From a candidate division Kazan bacterium (GTDB taxonomy: Bacteria; Patescibacteriota; Kazan-3B-28): DNA of 64,000 nucleotides. Below are positions 59,015 to 64,000 of this stretch, one piece after another (the first letter of the stretch is position 1; each line of letters opens with the position of its first letter). A program made the translations under genes and the position numbers. Location of the stretch: contig QMNG01000002.1 of NCBI GenBank assembly GCA_003647645.1, forward strand, positions 1,151 to 65,150. The letters run 5' to 3'. Under the pieces are notes generated by a model. It was not told the DNA's origin and did no database searches. It worked only from the letters and a program-made list of their open reading frames with translations.

Positions 59015-60043
59015 TTGATGAATAATTTAATAGACATTCCTTGGCCAGAAATTCTAACGCCGTTAGCTGGCGCTCTGCTGGTTTCTCTGATTGGCACCCC
59101 GATTCTAATTCGCCTTGCCAAACGTTGGAAGATTTTTGATTGGCCTGGCGGTCGCCGTATTCATACCCGCCCCACTCCCCGACTTGGCGGGATAGTGCTG
59201 TACTTGGCTGTTATTGTCACATTGTTGTTTGTGTTTGGGTTTGATCCGCGGATGTATGGCCTGCTCATTGGAGTATCCCTGATGTTTGGGCTGGGTTTGC
59301 TGGATGACATTTACCAATTGCCGCCCATCTTCAAATTACTCGCCCAATTGCTTATCGCTAGCATTATTGTGATGTTCGGAATTACCATTGGTAATTTAAC
59401 TAACCCTCTCGGCGGAACGATTTTATTGCCACCGGCGTTGGATGTGCTGTTAACAATTATTTGGATACTTTTGATAGTCAATACGATCAACTGGCTGGAT
59501 GGTCTAGACGGTCTGGCTGCCGGTGTGAGCGCCATTGCTTCTTTAATATTGATTGTCCTAAGCTTGTTTGCAATTGTGAACCAGCCCGAAACTGCCACAG
59601 TAGCAGCTATCGTACTGGGTGCCTCAGTCGGTTTCTTATTTTATAACTGGCATCCGGCTAAGATCTTTATGGGAGACTCCGGTAGCTATATACTTGGTTT
59701 TATGCTGGCTACGATCGCAATAATTAGCGGGGGAAAATTGGCAACTGCGGCCCTAGTCTTGGGTTTGCCAATTCTCGATCTATTTTGGGCTGTCTTCAGG
59801 CGGATTTGGCGCGGGCGAGCTCCCTGGCAAGCGGATAAGGAGCATCTCCACCACCGCTTACTGGAAGTCGGGCTAAGCCAGCCAACGGTTGTGCTTATTT
59901 TGTATGCGTTTGCAATAGTATTCGGCATGATAGCCCTGCTTTCGGGTCCAACAATCAAAATGGTGGCCTTCATTCTGGCTGTGTTGGTGATGGTGACGAT
60001 AGTCAAAATAATTATTAGCCGACAAAAGCGAAGCAGAGAATAG
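59015..60043 (+). CDS. WecA/TagO-like polyprenyl-phosphate GlcNAc-1-phosphate transferase
   Basis: PTPRLGG, GLLDD, NWLDGLDGLA, IFMGDSG, DKEHLHHRL. Confidence 0.92.
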   Translation: MMNNLIDIPWPEILTPLAGALLVSLIGTPILIRLAKRWKIFDWPGGRRIHTRPTPRLGGIVLYLAVIVTLLFVFGFDPRMYGLLIGVSLMFGLGLLDDIYQLPPIFKLLAQLLIASIIVMFGITIGNLTNPLGGTILLPPALDVLLTIIWILLIVNTINWLDGLDGLAAGVSAIASLILIVLSLFAIVNQPETATVAAIVLGASVGFLFYNWHPAKIFMGDSGSYILGFMLATIAIISGGKLATAALVLGLPILDLFWAVFRRIWRGRAPWQADKEHLHHRLLEVGLSQPTVVLILYAFAIVFGMIALLSGPTIKMVAFILAVLVMVTIVKIIISRQKRSRE

Positions 60044-60046
60044 ATG

Positions 60047-60075
60047 TTGACATAAATAGAAATTTATTGTACAAT
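60047..60075 (+). promoter_or_regulatory. Sigma70 promoter TTGACA-17-TACAAT
   Basis: Near-perfect consensus upstream of ATG 60121. Confidence 0.75.
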
Positions 60076-60120
60076 AAGATAATCAGGCGGTGCGATAAAA
60101 CAGAAATCAAAAATAAAATC

Positions 60121-60576
60121 ATGAACAATCAGCAGTTTGAACGACTTGTTCACAACCTTAAAGGCGTAATGCGGTGTCCGCATTGTGCTTCTGAATATAC
60201 TATGGAGGATATTCATTATCTGGGCCAGCTGGACAACATGACTTTTTTGCATATGAAATGCAGCAAATGTAAAACCCCGGTTTTTGCCAGTGTTTCTTTT
60301 GACGGTAGTGGCGATGTGGCTCTTGAAGATATTACTGCCGACGACATTGCCTTGGCCGACACTCCCTCACCGGCCGCTGATCTGGATAATATTGGTTTTG
60401 AACAGAGGGAACTGGAACCAACCGTTGATATGGCTCCAACACAGAAGATTTCAGTTGAAAATATTCCCGCAGATAAACTACTCAGTTCGCTAAACCCAAT
60501 TTCCTATGATAATGTCTTGGATGTGCACGAATACTTAAAGAAATTTGACGGGGACTTCGACAGAGTGCTGAAGTAA
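60121..60576 (+). CDS. Hypothetical zinc-ribbon protein
   Basis: CPHC…CSKC, acidic linker, C-terminal ISYDNVLDVHEYLKKFDGDF; start placed downstream of the promoter. Confidence 0.75.
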   Translation: MNNQQFERLVHNLKGVMRCPHCASEYTMEDIHYLGQLDNMTFLHMKCSKCKTPVFASVSFDGSGDVALEDITADDIALADTPSPAADLDNIGFEQRELEPTVDMAPTQKISVENIPADKLLSSLNPISYDNVLDVHEYLKKFDGDFDRVLK

Positions 60577-60627
60577 CTTTAACCAAAAGAATATACTGAG
60601 GCAATCCGCACAATTCGCAATCTAGCC

Positions 60628-60651
60628 CCCTCGTAAAAGACTTTACGAGGG
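60628..60651 (+). promoter_or_regulatory. Hairpin in the rplY leader
   Basis: CCCTCGTAAA-AGAC-TTTACGAGGG perfect 10-bp stem. Confidence 0.55.
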
Positions 60652-60680
60652 CCAATTTTATGTATACAATTGCTTCTGTT

Positions 60681-61403
60681 ATGGTTATCGGTGAATATAC
60701 AATTGAAGCCAAGCTTCGTGATAAACAGTCAACAGCTTCCTTTGTCAGGAAACTGGGCAATATTCCGGCCGTAATTTATGGTAAGGAAACCGAGCCGCTG
60801 TCTGTTCAAATTGATTCTGTGTCTTTAAAAAGGCTCTATCGCGAAGCTGGTGAGAGTTCTTTAGTTCAGCTGAAACTCGATGACGAGGAACGTTTAATTC
60901 TATTCAAAGAGCCGCAGTATGATCCGCGCACCGGTGAAATTATTCATATAGATTTGTATCAAATTAAGCTCGGTGAAAGCATCAAAGCCGAGGTGCAGCT
61001 AGTCTTTGAGGGCGAAGCCCCCGCTGTGGAGCAAGAAGATGGTGTACTAGTTACCAATAAGGACAAAGTTGAGATTGAATGTCTGCCTCGCGATTTACCA
61101 AAGGATATCAAAGTAGATATTAGCGGTCTGAAAAATATTGACGACAGTTTAGCCATAAAAGACTTGCAAGTACCAGAGGGTGTTAAAATTCTTGATGATC
61201 CCGAGGACAGCGTTGTGGTGGTAACACCGCCTCGTGAGGAAGAAGAAGAACCAGCTGTGAGTGAAGATGAGGCGATAGAAGATGTTGAAGTTGAGGGAGA
61301 GGAAAAAGCCGCTGAAGCGGGCTCCATAGAAGAAGATAAAGGAGAGACCGAAGCAGCTGACGATAAGGCAGCCAAGGGGGGAGAAGATACCAAGGGCAAA
61401 TAG
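60681..61403 (+). CDS. rplY: 50S ribosomal protein L25 (Ctc long form; start uncertain, 60660-60681)
   Basis: IPAVIYG, IIHIDLY, IECLPRDLP..IKVDIS, acidic tail. Confidence 0.93.
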   Translation: MVIGEYTIEAKLRDKQSTASFVRKLGNIPAVIYGKETEPLSVQIDSVSLKRLYREAGESSLVQLKLDDEERLILFKEPQYDPRTGEIIHIDLYQIKLGESIKAEVQLVFEGEAPAVEQEDGVLVTNKDKVEIECLPRDLPKDIKVDISGLKNIDDSLAIKDLQVPEGVKILDDPEDSVVVVTPPREEEEEPAVSEDEAIEDVEVEGEEKAAEAGSIEEDKGETEAADDKAAKGGEDTKGK

Positions 61404-61537
61404 ATTTAGCTTTTAAAAATAAAGTGAGCAAAAGTTAAAATAACTTTTGTTGTTTTTTGGTAATGATGACCGTATAATTTTAGTGACAGACAATTTTAAC
61501 TTTAAAAGTTTATATTAATTAACTTATGGGGGAAGCA

Positions 61538-61756
61538 ATGCCTGCAAAAAGGAGAAAGAAAGCTGCTCCACGCAAGAAGGCAACGGTCAAGAAACGCAAA
61601 CCGGCTGTTCGCAAGAAGAGAGTTGTCCGCCGCAAGAAGAGAGTTGTCCGCCGCAAGAAGACGACGGCCAAGAAGCGCAGACCAGCTACTCGAAAAAGGA
61701 AGGCGACCAAAAAGCGTAAGCCTGCTCGCCGCAAAAAAACAACCCGCCGTCGCTAA
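61538..61756 (+). CDS. Very basic histone H1/protamine-like protein
   Basis: MPAKRRKKAAPRKKATVKKRKPAVRKKRVVRRKK…; GGGGAAG before ATG; downstream terminator. Confidence 0.75.
   Translation: MPAKRRKKAAPRKKATVKKRKPAVRKKRVVRRKKRVVRRKKTTAKKRRPATRKRKATKKRKPARRKKTTRRR
61610..61660 (+). repeat. 21-bp tandem repeat (2.4 copies) in the basic protein gene
   Basis: CGCAAGAAGAGAGTTGTCCGC x2 + CGCAAGAAG. Confidence 0.9.
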
Positions 61757-61780
61757 TCGATTGGGGTTGAAAGAATTGTA

Positions 61781-61814
61781 CAAAAAACACTTTCTTTGGG
61801 GGGAGTGTTTTTTG
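61781..61814 (+). terminator. Intrinsic terminator
   Basis: CAAAAAACACTTTC…GGGAGTGTTTTTTG. Confidence 0.75.
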
Positions 61815-61909
61815 TTTTGTGTAATATTCAGCTTTCAAAGCGGATAAATAGTTGACCGAGAGCAAAATTTCATTTATTGTAGAGCTGCTCTAATATAAGG
61901 GGGTGAAAA

Positions 61910-62281
61910 ATGGATGCCAGCACCTTGCCAGATTTTGACTATTTGGTCGCTCTGGTCATTGAGAAATCGTTAGTACAAAATCCGTTACTGATAAGTTTGT
62001 CTATCAGCGATGACGGCTCGTTTCCCCGCTGGGCGACAGATCAAAGCAGGCGGCAATTGTATTTGTTGCTCACGGCAATCGACAGGGATATTCATCCTTT
62101 GTCATGTCGGATCATCGATGATTTTTTGGCCGGTTCCATCGGTTTGGCCGAAGCCATACAGCGGTGGCGGCTTTTGTCGCTTCCACCAAAACTAATGCAG
62201 TTTGCTGTATCTTGGCAGGCCAAACTGGAGATTTACTGGCTGAGCCGAACCAAACTCATTTCAGTGCCATCACCGAGATGA
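61910..62281 (+). CDS. Hypothetical protein (123 aa)
   Basis: AAGGGGGTG RBS, upstream TTGACC-17-TATTGT, terminator directly after the stop. Confidence 0.6.
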   Translation: MDASTLPDFDYLVALVIEKSLVQNPLLISLSISDDGSFPRWATDQSRRQLYLLLTAIDRDIHPLSCRIIDDFLAGSIGLAEAIQRWRLLSLPPKLMQFAVSWQAKLEIYWLSRTKLISVPSPR

Positions 62282-62315
62282 AAAGCTCCACCGTCTGGGG
62301 ACTAGTGGAGCTTTT
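62281..62315. terminator. Bidirectional intrinsic terminator
   Basis: AAAAGCTCCAC-N13-GTGGAGCTTTT between convergent ORFs. Confidence 0.8.
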
Positions 62316-62337
62316 GTTTATAAATAAATGTTTTTAA

Positions 62338-62805
62338 TTATTCCGAACCTTCAGGTTTGGTTACTTCGTTTAACAATTCTGCATCGGCCCCCAATGCCTT
62401 AGCAGCAAATCTAATGCCGCCGGCATATTGTGAGGTTAGTCTCTTCATATGTTTTTCCATATTTGGATTTTCTTTAGTTTCACCAGAATTATTGCGATCG
62501 GCTGCAAATCTTTCTGCCACTAAGTTGAATTGCTCGCGTAGCGATTTAACAGGGAACACTCTTTGTTTCATATTGTCCAGCCAACCAGCGAATAAAGCTA
62601 TGGAATCATCAGAGATTTCATTTCTATCAAAAATATGCGACACCTTTTTCTGATCTTTATCGGGGAGTTCGTTAATCTTTTTAAAAACTTCAGCGGAGAT
62701 CTGGTCAACTGTCTTTAAGCTCTCCCCCAATGGATTAGCCCGTTCGTTTTCGTTACTATCCAGCGGATTCAACTCGGGGTTGTCATAGTTGTATTCGAAT
62801 TCCAT
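62338..62805 (-). CDS. Hypothetical protein (155 aa, acidic N-terminus)
   Basis: ORF with its own promoter TTGACA-17-TACAAT (62844-62872, minus strand). Confidence 0.7.
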   Translation of the reverse strand: MEFEYNYDNPELNPLDSNENERANPLGESLKTVDQISAEVFKKINELPDKDQKKVSHIFDRNEISDDSIALFAGWLDNMKQRVFPVKSLREQFNLVAERFAADRNNSGETKENPNMEKHMKRLTSQYAGGIRFAAKALGADAELLNEVTKPEGSE

Positions 62806-62953
62806 TTTTGTTTTTGATGTTTATTTTCTTTTCTTATTGTTTCATTGTATCATAAATAAGCTCTTATGTCAATACCCACATCTTTCCAGAACTCCATGTA
62901 ATGCAAATCCCGTCTGGTTTTCAGCAAAAAAATATAAAGTGTATGATTAATAT

Positions 62954-64000
62954 ATGACCCATAAAGAATTACGAATCAGGTTTAAGGATTTTTTTAAAAA
63001 AGAGGGCTACCAGTGGGTAGAGTCGGCTTCTCTGTTGCCCAAAGATGATCCCTCGGTGCTTTTGACAACTGCTGGTATGCAACAGTTCAAGCCGTACTTT
63101 GTTGGTTTGAAGGACCCCAAGGCGGATTTTAATAACCGGGTTGCCTCGATCCAAAAGTGCTTCCGCACAGCTGACATTGACGAGGTCGGTGACGAGACCC
63201 ATCTGACATTTTTCGAAATGATGGGAAATTTTGGATTTAACGGCCAGGTCAGTAAAGAAATGGCTATCCAGTTGGCATGGGAATTTTTGACAGACACAAA
63301 ATGGATGGGCATTGATAAAGAGCGCATCTCTGTTACCTACTATAATGGTAGCCGGGCCGGTACCCGGGAGGATTCTGTTTCAAAACAAATACTGGACAAG
63401 CTGTATGCCGAAGGGGGTGTTGCGGCTGTAACAGCCCAGTCGGATGAAAGTAATTTCTGGGGACCGACCGGCGATGAGGGACCGTGCGGTCCGACAGTTG
63501 AATTTTATGTCGATGGTGTTGAAGTATGGAATATAGTCTTTAATGAATATTACCATCAGGCAGATGGTTCATTAACCGATACTTCTGACAATCTTGGTGT
63601 TGATACCGGCATGGGTTTTGAAAGGTTATTGATGACTGTGAATAAACTGAACAATGTCTTTGAAACTGATGTTTTTACTCCAGTTATTAAGTTAGTTCAG
63701 ACATTACCAGAGAAATCCCAAAGAGTTATTGCTGATCATGCGCGTGGAATTGTCTTTTTAATGGCAGATCATATACGTCCGTCAAATAAAGCGGAGGGGT
63801 ATATTCTGCGTCGGATTCTGAGACGACTGTTGCTGCACATTCGGGGTACAAATGTCCGTTTAGAGGAGTTGATTGAAACTATAATCGACGAATTTAGTGA
63901 GTTCTATCCTGAATTGAAGACTGAAAAAGATGACATATTGAAGTCCGCTCGTGAGGAAGCAGACAAGTTCGGCAGGACTATTGATGCTGGAGAGAGAGAA
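62954..64000 (+). CDS. alaS: Alanine--tRNA ligase (3' truncated by window edge; not in the ORF track)
   Basis: MTHKELR…DDPSVLLTTAGMQQFKPYF, SIQKCFR, HLTFFEMMGNF, GPCGP, EVWNIVF, DTGMGFER, IADH, GYILRRILRR. Confidence 0.96.
   Translation, partial: MTHKELRIRFKDFFKKEGYQWVESASLLPKDDPSVLLTTAGMQQFKPYFVGLKDPKADFNNRVASIQKCFRTADIDEVGDETHLTFFEMMGNFGFNGQVSKEMAIQLAWEFLTDTKWMGIDKERISVTYYNGSRAGTREDSVSKQILDKLYAEGGVAAVTAQSDESNFWGPTGDEGPCGPTVEFYVDGVEVWNIVFNEYYHQADGSLTDTSDNLGVDTGMGFERLLMTVNKLNNVFETDVFTPVIKLVQTLPEKSQRVIADHARGIVFLMADHIRPSNKAEGYILRRILRRLLLHIRGTNVRLEELIETIIDEFSEFYPELKTEKDDILKSAREEADKFGRTIDAGERE

Noticed and set aside
61502..61847. Alternative-frame ORFs around the basic protein gene
   Set aside because: Products of low-complexity repeat sequence; the K/R-rich + frame has an RBS-like motif and a terminator.
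62969..63327. Minus-strand ORFs near the window end
   Set aside because: Antisense to alaS.
1..64000. CRISPR arrays, tRNA/rRNA genes, transposases/integrases, inteins or introns in recA/dnaA/polA
   Set aside because: No repeat-spacer periodicity, cloverleaf or rRNA signature, or mobile-element motif was recognised; these genes have uninterrupted frames of normal or shorter length.
1..64000. Alternative genetic code (UGA=Gly, as in Gracilibacteria/Absconditabacteria)
   Set aside because: Conserved genes translate full length in code 11, and several end at TGA at the expected position (e.g. yajQ, rnpA, pcrA).

Overview
Core chromosomal region around the replication origin of a bacterium using genetic code 11. 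Gene content and style (dense core genes, compact valS and polA, split comEC, pilus ATPase, FemABX+MurE, membrane pyrophosphatase, rare SD motifs) suggest Patescibacteria/CPR; this is an inference. The window holds recF-dnaN-oriC-dnaA / rpmH-rnpA-yidD-yidC-jag with a visible C-rich to G-rich skew switch, a surface-glycosylation cluster (flippase, 2 GT4, 2 O-antigen-ligase-like), and many repair, translation and RNA-decay genes. No tRNA, rRNA, CRISPR array or transposase was recognised. Best second-look items: (1) REP-like palindromes inserted in frame in mutM, with related intergenic composite copies and heptamer tracts; (2) a candidate rod-shaped ncRNA upstream of ftsK; (3) an orphan ~700-aa protein with a papain/C39-like Cys-His-Asp signature behind a perfect sigma70 promoter; (4) a 29-bp promoter duplicated in front of two unrelated genes; (5) an AbrB-like regulator and palindromic operator divergent from split comEC; (6) a protamine-like basic protein; (7) apparent leaderless genes. 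All product calls come from motif recognition by eye; no database searches were run.
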